From contig NC_085845.1 of NCBI RefSeq assembly GCF_035594765.1, positions 22,376,024-22,440,023 on the forward strand: DNA of 64,000 nt, written 5' to 3'. Below, piece by piece: positions 13,243 through 25,318 of this stretch. Made by a program: the position numbers and the translations under genes. Numbering within the stretch: position 1 is the first letter of the stretch; the number at the start of each line of letters is the position of its first letter. The notes beneath the pieces are model-generated. The model ran no database searches, was not told where the DNA came from, and worked only from the letters and a program-made list of their open reading frames with translations. Source of the DNA: Anolis carolinensis. Its lineage: Eukaryota.

Positions 13243-15109
13243 TCTTAAATCCATTTTTCTGAACAATGATCAGCTGCAGGCTTCTATACTCCACAAGTAG
13301 AATATTAAAGTAACATATGTGTTAAAGTGACAGGAGAAGAATGGATTCCATAAGTAGATGAGCAGGGCTTGCTTTGCCATTAGACAGGTGAGGCAATTGC
13401 TTCAGGTGGCAAATACTGGGCGCAGCAGTATAATTCCCTTCTGCATTCCCATAGCTATTCCATAGTGTCAACAGTTATGAAGATTTAACTGCAAATCCAA
13501 ATGACTACTATACATAGAGTGGGACATCTTGTCTTTCACCTCAGAAAGCCAAATGTCTTGGGTGAGACCTGGCAGTGCTTACTACTGTAAATAGAAGATA
13601 TATGAAAATGTAAGTTACATCTCTGCAGAAATTCATGATGAAATTGATGAATGGCCCCCCATTAAAAAAGAAAACAGTAAAGAATTATATCCTTACTGTT
13701 GACCACCATTTGTCGGGAAGATGAGATACAAAATTATTAATTATATAAATAACATCAGTGACTCAGTTAGTATAAGGTTGCAATTCATGTGAACAGATTC
13801 TGGAAGGGACACGTTTACACTACAACTTTCAGTTTTCCCTATCATGCTGGGTGGAAATCATGGGAATTGTAGTCAAAAATAAATTTTTCACGCTCTGAGA
13901 TCTCATTTGCATTCAAGTGAGACCATATGCTCACATAACTATGAATGTAACAGTATGAACGGAAAGTATTATACAATTACACCTGTATCAATTCTGGAAA
14001 AAGCTAGCATTTACAGATATGTGTGTCCACATTGTGTGAATACAAAATGTGTATCAGAAGAGTACCTTTGTGCTTTGGAAATATGAGAAGTTTAAAATAT
14101 GAGCAGTATGAATCTATAATCAATTTATATTGTAAGCAGAAAAGTACAGAACACAGCAGATGCAGAGGTAAATAAATGAACTCTTCTGGATGGCAGCTGC
14201 CCAGATTTTAATGTGCCCTATAAAACAATACTGCTGAGACTCAATTAAAGCCATTACAATAATTAGTAAATTACTGTAAGGAAACTAGCTTAAAGATGTT
14301 ATGTGCTGTGGACCCCTGCAATAATATCAGTTCTAAATTTTTAGTACAGCTAGTTTTCTTTTCCAGTTCAGGCTCTTTCTCCTTCTAGGAAGGCATGGTG
14401 GCTTAATGACTATTCATCCTTTCACGTTGGGGAGGAAATACTAACTGCAGAATGAAAGAGTATGTGTACTGGCAAGATCATTAGCTTAAATAAATGTGAC
14501 AGCTGAGTTGCACCAGAAATACCACAGTTAGCGGTAAGCACAAACTGCATGTTGGGGTGAAAAATACTGTAATTACAAAGGATGAGGTGGGGGGTGAGAC
14601 ACAACGGAGGCGTCACAGTTTTTATCTTCAAAGAAATCAATAGCAGTTCAGACTGCTACTTTACACAGGAGTAGAGCTAGGTGTATGAAAGAGCTTATTG
14701 ATTTGCCTGAGCGATGTTATTGCAGTGAATAATGGACTGGAAGAGAAAAGGCTTGTAAATGCAAAGCAATCTTTTCCAGGATATCTGTATTTATTTATCT
14801 AGTTACCTCTTGTTGGTTGTATGTGTAAGAGAAGGAGACTGCCTGTTTGAGTATTCTTGTGCTTGTTTATTCAGACTGGCTTAGAATATCATTTTCCAGT
14901 TACTGGTATTTTGTTGGACAAAGTTGCCCAATGATTTTAACTCAGCCCGTTCAGCTTGCAAAGCATGTCTTTAACCTCTTAAACCATCTTCCCATGCGTA
15001 AGAAAATGAAATTATTGTTTAACATGAATGTCTCAGTGTTACATTTTAGCTCCTGCTGTATAAATCCAGGGTGTGTGGGTATACAGCTGAAAGAACAGGG
15101 ATTAATCTA

Positions 15110-15290
15110 TGTGGTTGTGGACCTTCAAGTCACTTTTGACTTATAGTGTCCCTATGGTGAACCTATCATGGGGTTTTCTCGGCAATATTTGTTCAAAGGG
15201 GGCTTGCTATGGCCTTTCCAGCAGCTGAATGGCTTGTCAAAGCTTGGTTTCATAGAATAGCACTCCAATGTTCCAACCACACTGGCTGAC
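15110..15290 (-). mobile_element. tRNA-derived SINE (degenerate, same family as 24015)
   Basis: ccttcaagtcacttttgacttatag...aacctatcatggggttttctcggcaa similar to 24025-24080. Confidence 0.6.
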
Positions 15291-16574
15291 CCTCTCTATC
15301 TCCTTCAAATGTAGGGACATTTGTCAAATGGCAATAATCTGCAAATGGACATGCTACCAAGGACCAAAAAGTGTTTGGCTTAACCACACTAGCCTGTTGT
15401 CTTGCAGCAACCATGTTATGGAAGCAAATGGAAACTTTCTGTTATTGAAACATTCACTATCATGCTTCTCTGCGACTGGACTATGGTGTTGCTTTGACAA
15501 AACTTGGTTCAGCATCTCCTTGCTAAACCCCCCTTCCTATTGTTCAATTATGAACAATGAAAGAGAGAGAAAAAGGTAAAAAGATAAAACACGAAAGAAA
15601 AGAAAAGTGGAGGTTAATCAATCTCAGCCTGCCTGGGAATAGGAAGGGGGAGAGGTAGAGAGAAGGATCATTATGTAAATTCATGCCACATGACTGCCAG
15701 AATATCAGAATTGCAGTGGTAGGGACCCATTGCAACATTGGAACAGAAGCAATTTTTGGAGCTATTTAGAGCCATTCTTCATCAATACAAACAGGTGATC
15801 CAATAATCATTGAAATGCAAAACAGCAACAGGAGAGGTGCCGTGTTGATTAATAAGTACAGCCAAACAGACTATTATCCTACTGAAATTGTGATTTAGCA
15901 GGCTTGAGCAAAGTCCTCAGTTCAACTGTATAAAATGTATGTTATGAGTTCTTCAGCCACCAGGGAGTCAATGCATTGTCTTTAGCAAGTTACTTTAAGA
16001 TCTTTAAGCCACAAGGAAGGGATTAAAAACAAGCAAACAAATGATCAGTAAGAGAGATATTGGGAGAAGTCAAACTGAAGCCAAAAGCAAGAATAAAGGT
16101 GGGCAAAAGAGAATGGCTTGGCAGGCAAAATTGCCTAAGCAAGCAGAACTAAGTAGAACCAGGTGCTCAATTTCCTCACAAAAAGGAACTAAGTATAAAC
16201 AAAAAAGATGCAGGAAAACAACATATTCACATTGAGGAGGGTCTGTTTTTCAAGCAAGGAACTTAGTCAGAAAGACTACATTCTGATATTGTGTAGTGCA
16301 GCTAACATGTCTCTTTTGTGATCCTATCTACTTGATATTTGATACTCCTGCAAAGAGGAGGAAGACGAGTTCTCTAGTATTACTAGAGTGAAAATTGGAC
16401 AGAAATATTTAAAAGTTGTGTAGGAGAGGGAATTTCAGCTTGTCCTATAGCAAAATAACAAGAAGTACCTGTTGATAATCTGTTCTACACAGCCATTAAA
16501 GATACAGGATCTCTGTCCAGTTTTCACTCTGTCTACCCTAGGCATTGTGCCTTGCTTCACCAAAGTGATAGCAG

Positions 16575-16820
16575 GTAGATTTGATCTGATGTGCCTTGCA
16601 GATACTTTCCTCTTTTGAAGATGGAGGAAGGGATGGGAGGATGAGCAATTCTTGACTTGATCCACACCAATAGGGAGGAGCTGGTCACTAGAATTACATT
16701 AATTGGTACTTTGGGGGCAGTGACCATATAATTGTGTAACTCATGACTGTATGATGAACCATCATACATAAAATATGGCTACTCAATATGAACCATGAAT
16801 TTCAGGAAAGCTGATTTTAT
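16575..16820 (+). mobile_element. Old CR1 LINE ORF2 fragment (endonuclease C-terminal region), interrupted by the L2
   Basis: Degenerate translation AILDLIHTNREELV...LG.SDH...MNFRKADF resumes as (I)ELREM at 18556, right after the L2 tail. Confidence 0.75.
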
Positions 16821-18555
16821 TGAGGGGGTTTGGCAGAGGGGGTTTGGCTGAGTGGGTGAAGGTGGTGGTGAATACATCCCTTCGGGAGGGCAAGTTTCCA
16901 GCGAGCCTAAAAATGGCTGTGATCAAGCCGCTGTTGAAAAAGCCATCATTGGATCCCACTCAATTCGGAAACTTTCGGCCTATTTCCAATCTCCCCTATT
17001 TGGGCAAGGTCTTGGAACATGTGGTTGCTTCGCAGCTCCAGGGATTCTTGGTTGACACTGATTTTCTGGATCCGGCACAGTCTGGCTTCAGGCCGGGACA
17101 TGGTACCGAGACAGCCTTGGTCGCCTTAGTCGATGATCTTCGCCGGGAACTGGACAGGGGGAGTGTGTCCCTGCTGGTTCTGCTGGACCTCTCAGCGGCC
17201 TTCGATACCGTCGATCACGGTATCCTTCTGGGACGCCTCGCGGGAATGGGACTTGGAGGTACTGTCCTGCAGTGGCTCCACTCATTCCTGGAGGGTCGGT
17301 CCCAGATGGTGTCATTGGGGGACGCCTGCTCAGCCCCACAATCGTTGACTTGTGGGGTCCCGCAGGGCTCTGTATTGTCTCCCATGTTGTTTAACATCTA
17401 CATGAAGCCACTGGGAGAGATCATCAGGAGTTTCGGGGTCCGGTGTCATCTGTACGCAGATGATGTCCAGCTCTGTCACTCCTTCCCACCTGTCACTAAG
17501 GAGGCTGTTCAGGTCCTGAACCGGTGTCTGGCCGCTGTGTCGGACTGGATGAGGGCTAACAAATTGAAATTGAATCCAGACAAGACAGAGGTCCTCCTGG
17601 TCAGTCAGAAGGCCGAACAGGGTATAGGGTTACAGCCTGTGCTGGATGGGGTCACACTCCCCCTGAAGGCGCAGGTGCGCAGTCTGGGGGTGATCCTGGA
17701 CTCATCGTTGAGCCTGGAGCCCCAGGTCTCAGCTGTGGCTAGGGGAGCCTTCGCACAATTAAAACTTGTGCGCCAGCTGCAACCGTACCTTGGGAAGCCA
17801 GACTTGGCCACGGTGGTCCACGCCCTTGTTACATCCCGTTTAGACTACTGCAACGCACTCTACGTGGGGCTGCCTTTGAAGACTGTTCGGAAGCTTCAGT
17901 TAGTCCAACGGGAGGCTGCCAGGTTAATAACTGGAGCGGCGTACAGGGAGTGTACCACTCCTCTGTTACGTCAGCTCCACTGGCTGCCGATTAGCTACCG
18001 AGCACAATTCAAGGTGCTGGCTTTAGCCTATAAAGCTCTAAACGGTTCCGGCCCAGCTTATCTGTCCGAACGTGTCTCCCGCTACGACCCACCTCGAAGC
18101 TTAAGATCGTCGGATGAGGCCCTGCTCGCGGTCCCGTCAGCCTCACAGGTGCGGCTGGCGGGGACGAGAGACAGGGCTTTTTCAGTAGTGGCTCCCCGCC
18201 TATGGAACGCCCTCCCCATTGAAATCAGGCAGGCTCCCTCCCTCCTATCCTTCCGTAGGAAGGTAAAAACTTGGTTGTGGGGCCAGGCTTTCGAATAAGA
18301 ATCAGCAGCATTAATTACTATTATGTATGCTGGAACTCAATTGACAGACCCAGTCTTTTAAACTTGTACACGCCTATCTATATTTTATAAATGCATTTTA
18401 TGAATGTTTATGTAAGTTAATTTTTAACTGATTTATAGTGTATTGTACTGTTTTTATATGTCTGTTTTATTGTAAGCCGCCCTGAGTCCCCTGTTGGGTG
18501 AGAAGGGCGAGATATAAATATTGTAATAAATAAATAAATAAATAAATAAATAAAT
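16821..18555 (+). mobile_element. Young 5'-truncated L2-clade LINE (reverse transcriptase + 3' UTR + (TAAA)n tail)
   Basis: About 490 uninterrupted codons with RT motifs RPISNLP, QSGFRPGHGTETAL, LLDLSAAFDTVDH, GVPQGSVLSP, YADD, SRLDYCN, LHWLP. 3' stem-loop gccgccctgagtccc...gaagggcg, then (TAAA)n. Confidence 0.93.
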
Positions 18556-18743
18556 AGAGCTCAGAGAAATGGCCTATAAAACCCTTATTAGGATTCTGTT
18601 CCTGATAGTGGGACACATAAAGTCATTGCTGACACTGTTCTGCTGTCTGAAATGGGAGATCCCCCTGCCTTATGGGAGGGCTTAACATGACTGAAAGCTT
18701 TGTCAAGCTGGTTTGGCTGTTCATATTGTCTTGTTTCTTTATT

Positions 18744-19064
18744 AGAGGTAAAGTAAAACATTAAGTCTAGTCGTGTCTGACTCCGGGGGTTGGTGCTCAT
18801 CTCCATTTCTAAGTCGAAGAGCCGGCATTGTTTGTAGATATCTCCAAGATCATGTGGCCAGCATGACTGCATGGAGCACCATTACCTTCCCACTGAGGTG
18901 GTACCTATTGATCTACTCACATTTGCAGGTTTTCGAACTGCTAGGTTGGCAGAAGCTGGGGTTAACAGTGGAATCTTACCCGGCTCCCCGGATTCAAACC
19001 TGCGACCTTTCAGTAAGCAAGTTCAGCAGCTCAGTGGTTTAACCCTCTGCGCTGTTGGGGACTC
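18744..19064 (-). mobile_element. Sauria SINE
   Basis: ttaagtctagtcgtgtctgactccgggggttggtgctcatctccatttctaag...ggattcaaacctgcgacc; a near-copy of 36141-36453. Confidence 0.9.
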
Positions 19065-20253
19065 ATTACTAGGTCTCATTAGGATTGTTATCTTCTTTTT
19101 AATTCTTATTTGAAAACAAATATGAGGAACTCAACTCTGATAGAGCTGGGCAGTAGGTCTTCAGTTTTCTGTCCCTTTTCTGTAAATCTCATATTTATGA
19201 AATCTTAATCATGAAAAAAAACCCATCTGCCCAGTCACTCTGCTGGAATATCATTGTCATGCTTAGCTAAAAAATTGTAATATGTTATGTGTTAGAGGTA
19301 GTACTTAGTTTGGCTTTGAGCAGCACCAGATTGTGGAAATGAATTTCACCAAACCACTTTGAACGGCAACTTCATTTTGAAGAAAAGTAATCAAACCAGG
19401 AGTGACTGATTTTGCACATGTTCGAAGTGTGAGAGAGAAAAAGAGCCAGTCCAACAGATCCTTAGCAATAAAGTATGGCTGATGAATCTTTCCAGCAGGT
19501 CTGCATCACAGAGCAAGACTACAAAGTTTACTAGTAAATGCACTCTTGAGGTAAAAAGGACATTATTAAACAGAAGCTGAGAAGCTCAGCATGAAACTAT
19601 TTTTCCATCACTATTTGTTTGTTGTGTACATGTGTGCATCCTGAAGAGAGACTGAAATAGAGAGATTACCATTTTGAGTTCTCCTGGAGACAGCAAAGGT
19701 ATTAAATGCAACAATCACAGTTTTTTGCAAATAAAAAGTAACACAGCATCCACAACACATATAATAGTAATAATAATGGAATACCTATAGGGCTGTTACA
19801 ATTCCATAGCATAATACTACGCAATCTCTCCCCAAAATTACTACCTAAATGGTTTTGCTTTTTCCAATGCACAAGGAATGCACATGCCTGACTAAATATA
19901 ATCTGGTAATATAAAACATAATATGCTTGAAATGGAATAAATGTCTTTTTCCTGAAAATTTATCATAATGGCTCATTCAAATCAGCGAAGTTATATGTAC
20001 ATTAGCTCTTCTACCCCCAAGACATACTTTGGAACATACTTGTTTTTTTATGCAATGTTTCTAAAGTCTTTCAAAAGTCCTTTTGCTTCATTCTCCAAGA
20101 AGCTGTTGAAATGCAAAGTATTTTACAAAACAGTTGCCAATAATGTAAGGAAATATTGCTACTTCCTGCTATGTGATCTGAATTTTCATGCTTCTGAGGT
20201 GCCCAAAGTACCACCTCAAAGTCTCTGAAAATTGTATCTTGTAAGAAAATCAT

Positions 20254-20292
<39 letters not shown>

Positions 20293-20302
20293 CTATATAT
20301 AT
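20254..20302. repeat. Compound microsatellite (TC)n(TATC)n(TA)n
   Basis: Direct reading. Confidence 0.9.
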
Positions 20303-20944
20303 ACATAATATTTTCAAAATATATTTTGCACATATATAATGTAAACATATTTGCAAATGGATGTATAAATGGGATGAAACTGACTCATCAATTAGCACAT
20401 GCAAAACTGGCACAGATAGAAATACTCTGGTTTGTCCATATCCATCCAAGGCAAGTATCTAATGGCATTTCCAGGCCATTTTTTTTAGTCCAGTGGCACT
20501 CTAGACTCACAGGTTCAATTGAAACTTTTTCAGATCTCATATTGATTTCAGAATTCATACGTCTACTTTTAGATTGGGGAAATTAATGGGTGTAGAAAAT
20601 CAGTGCAAGTGGCACAATTAAAAATGTGTTATTTTCTATGCAAAACTCAATGCAAATTTTCTGTCATTTGAAAGGAATATTGTCCTCTGTTCCCAGAGGA
20701 GCAGGAAGCTGGAATCCAAACATTTTGCCCAAACAAAGCACAGAACAAAGCTTGTTTCTTCATGTTGTGCCAAAATCTTTTCCTGTGCTGTTATAAAGTA
20801 GAGAATTTCTTTTGGATCTACTCCAAAAATGCTTACAAAAGATCATTTTTAATAGTATAAAACATTGAAGGGGTGACTGACTATATTATCACCCTCTCCC
20901 AAATTCCAATGTCAGCAGAGCAGCATTAAGGTGGTTCCACTTAC

Positions 20945-21109
20945 TCTGCATACAAAGCCCATCTGTGCAATTCTTAGACTGCAGAACAAGACCATCACAG
21001 TCCTTGCCACCATTCTTTGGGGCTGGTGATGTGCATTCCCTTCTCCGCCAGTGGGTACATTCAGTTCCACATGTAGACCATTTACTCCAAGCTGTCCACC
21101 TTCCATCCA
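20945..21109 (-). CDS. UNC5C: UNC5C internal exon (TSP1 repeat 2; probably exon 7), 165 nt
   Basis: ttacag|TGGATGGAA...ATGCAGA|gtaagt, phase 1-1. Encodes [55 protein letters not shown]. Confidence 0.97.
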
Positions 21110-21232
21110 CTGTAACCAAAAGAAATAAATAAAGACAAAATGGTGAGTGGAAGGAAGGGGAGATTAATATAAAGATAAGATGTGAATTTTTTGTGTTTGA
21201 AGAATCGCAAACTATCCAAGAAATCAAATAAC

Positions 21233-22200
21233 TTCCCCAGGGCTCAGTCTTTGCCCTAATGCTATTTCACACCTACACAAAACAGCTGGGAGGAGTTACC
21301 CAGAGTTTTCGGGTCGCAGATCACTGGTATGCTGGTGATACCCAGCTTTAATTCCAAGGCAACGGATGCCTAGCAGTTGTAATAGATTGGATCAGGTAAA
21401 CAGACTGAATGTTAATTCAGAAAAGACAGAGGTATTCCTGATCAGTCAAAAGGCAGATTTGAAAATAGAGATGCAGCCTTTATTAAATGAGATTACCCCC
21501 TCCCCCCACCACTCAATATATATTTGCAATTTCAGGAAAGTTCTGTATTTAGTCCTGACCCCAGAAGCTCAAGTTTTAGTAGTGATCAAGCTAGTGTAGT
21601 TAAAGCTAGTGTGTCAACTGTACCTATTCCTGGGTACAGTTGGATATGGCCATGTAGAACATTTCTTGGTTACATCACCCTGTATGGATTGCTGTGATGT
21701 GCTCTATATGGGTCTGCCTTTGAAAAGTACTCAGTAATATCACTTGGCCCAAATAGCTGTGGTCCAATTGTTTACTGGGGCTGGCAACTCTACTGCCTGT
21801 CAGTCCATTTTTGGGCACAACTCAAAGTGCTGGTAATAATTTTTATTTATATCCCACCCCCTTTCCAAACAGGACACGGGGCATCTTACAAGAAGTAAAG
21901 ACACAGTGCAAAACATAATTTACAAAATTAAAACATGATATATAAACAATATCAAAAACCTAACAAAAATAAAGCACAATACAAAAAGGCAAAATAAAAC
22001 ATAATACTTAACAACACTATTTTTTAAAAAACCTAACAGACTGATATAACTGACTGGTTATGACCTATAAAGCCCTATATGGATTTGAAAGACCATATTT
22101 CCCTTTATGAACCAATTATTAGATAATCTAGAGAGGCATATTTATCTCAACACCTTTTCAGGTGATGAGACACTTGATGGGAACAAAAAAGAAGGCTTCT
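21233..22200 (+). mobile_element. Degenerate older L2 RT fragment with a nested reverse L2-tail-like insert (21835-22053)
   Basis: ccccagggctcagtctttgccctaatgctatt..., gaaaagacagaggtattcctgatcagtcaaaaggc and gacctataaagccctat align by eye with the 16.8-kb L2. Many stops and indels. The insert is bounded by ctggt repeats. Confidence 0.8.
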
Positions 22201-23218
22201 GGGGGGCAAGTAAAACATTTCTTAACTGTTGGGCTGTTAATGATGTGTGGTGCTGTTTGGAAGGTTTTAAAGGGGGAGTTGTTCACATTTTAAAGTAGAA
22301 TAGCTGATTTTAGAAACTAATTCTTTTAATTGTATATTTATACTTTTACTTTGTTTTTTTGTATTGTTATAACATGTGTTGCTTTTAGTTTGTTGTTGGC
22401 TACCTTGATTTCCATTATGAGGAGAAAGGCAGGATGAAGATGAGGATGATGATGATGATAATAATAATAATATCATCTGAGAGAATGATATTATGATATT
22501 ATTCAAAAGAGAATGGATAGATAAAGAATTAGCTAGGAAAGAAAAGACTTCAGCAATACCAAAGGATGACACTTCTGGTCACATTAATTTATGGGCCACT
22601 TGCCTAGTTCAAAAAACAGACTGGGTTTTTGGAATGCAGTGCTGTGATGAAGCCTCAGGAGGAATTCTTGGCAGTTCTGTCTCCAAGGGACAGAAATCAA
22701 ATTCCATGCTGAGAGTTGCCAGTCTACGTACAACTACAATGCCAACTATTAATACCCAGGAGACACCCTGGACTTCAATCCTGACATCACTGAATTCATT
22801 GAGGGAAGGATCAGGGGAAAGTTGTACCCTGCTGTCATTTTAAAGTGTTTCTCAACTTTAACAAATGCTTGCAGCATGCAGAACAATCAAGCAAACTGCA
22901 GGACCAACACCTTCATTAGAGCTTGCAGTGATAGTTCAACAAATTAGAGTTAATGTGAAATACATTGGCTTATATCCAATTGTTAGTTCCACCTAGAGTA
23001 GACTCACTGAATAAATAAAAACATTGTAGGATAAGCCTATTCCTGTTATTCTAATTGGAAGTAACGGTAGGATTCAGGCCATAATACAACATAACATTCA
23101 TTTAAATTAAACCCAAATACACATTTTGGTTCAGTAAACACGAGAAGGAAATAGAAGTGGAAATTTCCATATTTTCTCTGAATAACCTGTGGCCCTCCAG
23201 GTGTGGGTCTCCAACTCT

Positions 23219-23717
23219 GGGTCCTTCCAGACAGGGCCCAAAATATGGGCCCTGTTCAACTTTTACCTGAGCCATCCAAATGACGCCTCAGGTAAAGGGG
23301 GATTAATTTGTGAGAAAGCAGGAAATCCCTGCTTTGTCCCGAATTATTTATATACCCCATTAGACCCAGCCTTTCTGAAAGGCCCGGGTCTAATGGGGTA
23401 TGGGCCCGAGTCTGTCCCCACAGCCCAATCTCACTACTTTGGGTTCCGTGAGCCCAGAGAAGTGAACAGGACACCCACCCCCTCCCCTACCCCCAAAAGC
23501 CCTTAAAATAAGAAGAAACTTACAGGGTATCTAGTGCCCAGTAAGTTTCTTCTTAAATTTTAAGGACTTTGGGGGGGGGGGCATGCCAGAGCTGGCATGG
23601 GGACATCAGCCAGGAAAGCCTGATTGTTTTGGGCAGGGTGTGGGGACTTAAACCTACTTCAGAGCAGGTTTCTTTAATCTGCCCCAAAGTGGGTTTAAGC
23701 CTTGTTTGGAAGCGCCC
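23219..23717. mobile_element. PIF/Harbinger-like MITE nested in a palindromic hAT MITE (about 23184-23808)
   Basis: TIRs gggtccttccagaca / tgtttggaagcgccc. The host halves acctgtggccctccag...caactc and ...gagttgaag...tggagggccaaggtt rejoin. Confidence 0.7.
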
Positions 23718-24014
23718 TCCAAGAATCCCTAGCCAGCTTGTCCAAGGCTGAAGAATTCTGGGAGTTGAAGTCTAAAACATTTGGAGGGCCAAGGTTGTGC
23801 AGGCCTGCTATACTGTGTTGGGAAAATACTCCATATATTAGCTTAGTAGACAGCCACTCCACCATAACGGAGAACCCAAAGCCATATTTAAAGTTTCAAG
23901 ATCCTTCTTAAGCCTTCACTATTTCATCAGGAGAGTAAAAAAAAAATGTAGCACTCTATTCCATGCATTCAAAGGCTTTTATATCATGTAACACATCTAA
24001 AATATCACCTTCCT

Positions 24015-24213
24015 ATGTTGTGCATGCCCTCAAGTTATTTTTGAGTTATGGCAACCTTAAGCCAAACTTATCATGGGGATTTGTTCTTTTCCCTCTTCTG
24101 AGACTGTGAAAGTGTAGTTTGCCTAAGATAACCCAGTAAAGTTCCACTGTTGAATTGGGTTTCGAACACCAGTATCCAGAGTCATAGTCCAATGCTCAAA
24201 ACACTATACCACA
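24015..24213 (-). mobile_element. tRNA-derived SINE (degenerate)
   Basis: gggtttcgaacacc...gagtcatagtccaatgctcaaaacactatacc is the reverse of the 58.2-kb head. Confidence 0.65.
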
Positions 24214-25150
24214 GCAAGGATGACCCTGTTAGGAACAACTCTATTAGGTGAATAGGTCAGTTGAATACCAGGTCAGTCCAAAATATAATCTCACTCAGCC
24301 ATGACTTAATTGTGGATGAAAGGTCTGACTAAGAGAACTTGGACGAACATCTTTCTGTAATTCTGCTGTAATTCTGAATACCGACTCCCTTTCTATATAA
24401 GTCTTTTTTTGAGAGAGGAGAGCTGGGGGAAAGCTATTCAGCTCTAATTTTCTTCCTCCTTTGAACAGCTGGATGGTTTTTTAGCACCATCAACACTGTG
24501 AGGATGGTGAATGGGATATGAAATGAAAGAGATTAGGTGGTGAGGATCCCAAAATTGTTTGTTCTAGAACAGCTTTCCACGACTGAAGGCTTCCAGGTGT
24601 GAGAGACCAATGCTTCATAAGCCACCACTTGTGAGGAACCAGCAGTTATGATTTTTTCTAGTGCCAAAGACCAGTATTGCACTTGTGTCCATTGACTATA
24701 ATTCTTTCAATCTGTCTGGAAACTATTCAGGGCCTACCAGTTGATAGCTCATGGGCCTCCATCCAAATGCTCCAGGCTATGTTTCTAACTTTACTAACCC
24801 TCGTTTTCCCAATTGAGCTTACTAATATGTATTTGGCTCTGTATGATTCTTTATATATAAATTCCATCTTATTTCCAGAGATTTCAACAGATCTGAGGCT
24901 TAAATCTCTTAAGCTTTGAGATGTTACGTAAATGCTCAGAATTACAGAGGATTGAGACAATGGGCAAGGTTTAGTGCCACAATAGGAATTAATTTTACTG
25001 CTATTTGTGTATTTATATAACACAAGGCATTTATTTGTCAGTGGAGAAGGGGGAGAGCAAAGAAAGAATTAATACTGAAAAAGGTTCATGCTTGAAGAAC
25101 AAGACAGCAACCAAATGCAGGCAAATGGATCATCAAAATGTGTAATATAC

Positions 25151-25318
25151 CTGGACATAAGGTGGTACATGCTATTTTCTGTAAATTTTGGCCTTCACAG
25201 AAGGCACCCCCATTGAGTGGAGCAGGGTTGGTACAGGTTCTTGTACGCTTCTGAGAGCCTTTTCCACAACGACTGTTGCAAACTGACCATTCAGTCCAAG
25301 TTGACCATCCTCCATTGA
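25151..25318 (-). CDS. UNC5C: UNC5C internal exon (TSP1 repeat 1; probably exon 6), 168 nt
   Basis: ctcag|TCAATGGA...CCAG|gtatat, phase 1-1. Encodes [56 protein letters not shown]. Confidence 0.97.

Noticed and set aside
16820-18298. 492-aa ORF as a host gene or autonomous LINE
   Set aside because: The TTG start is a junction artefact, and ORF1 and the endonuclease are missing.
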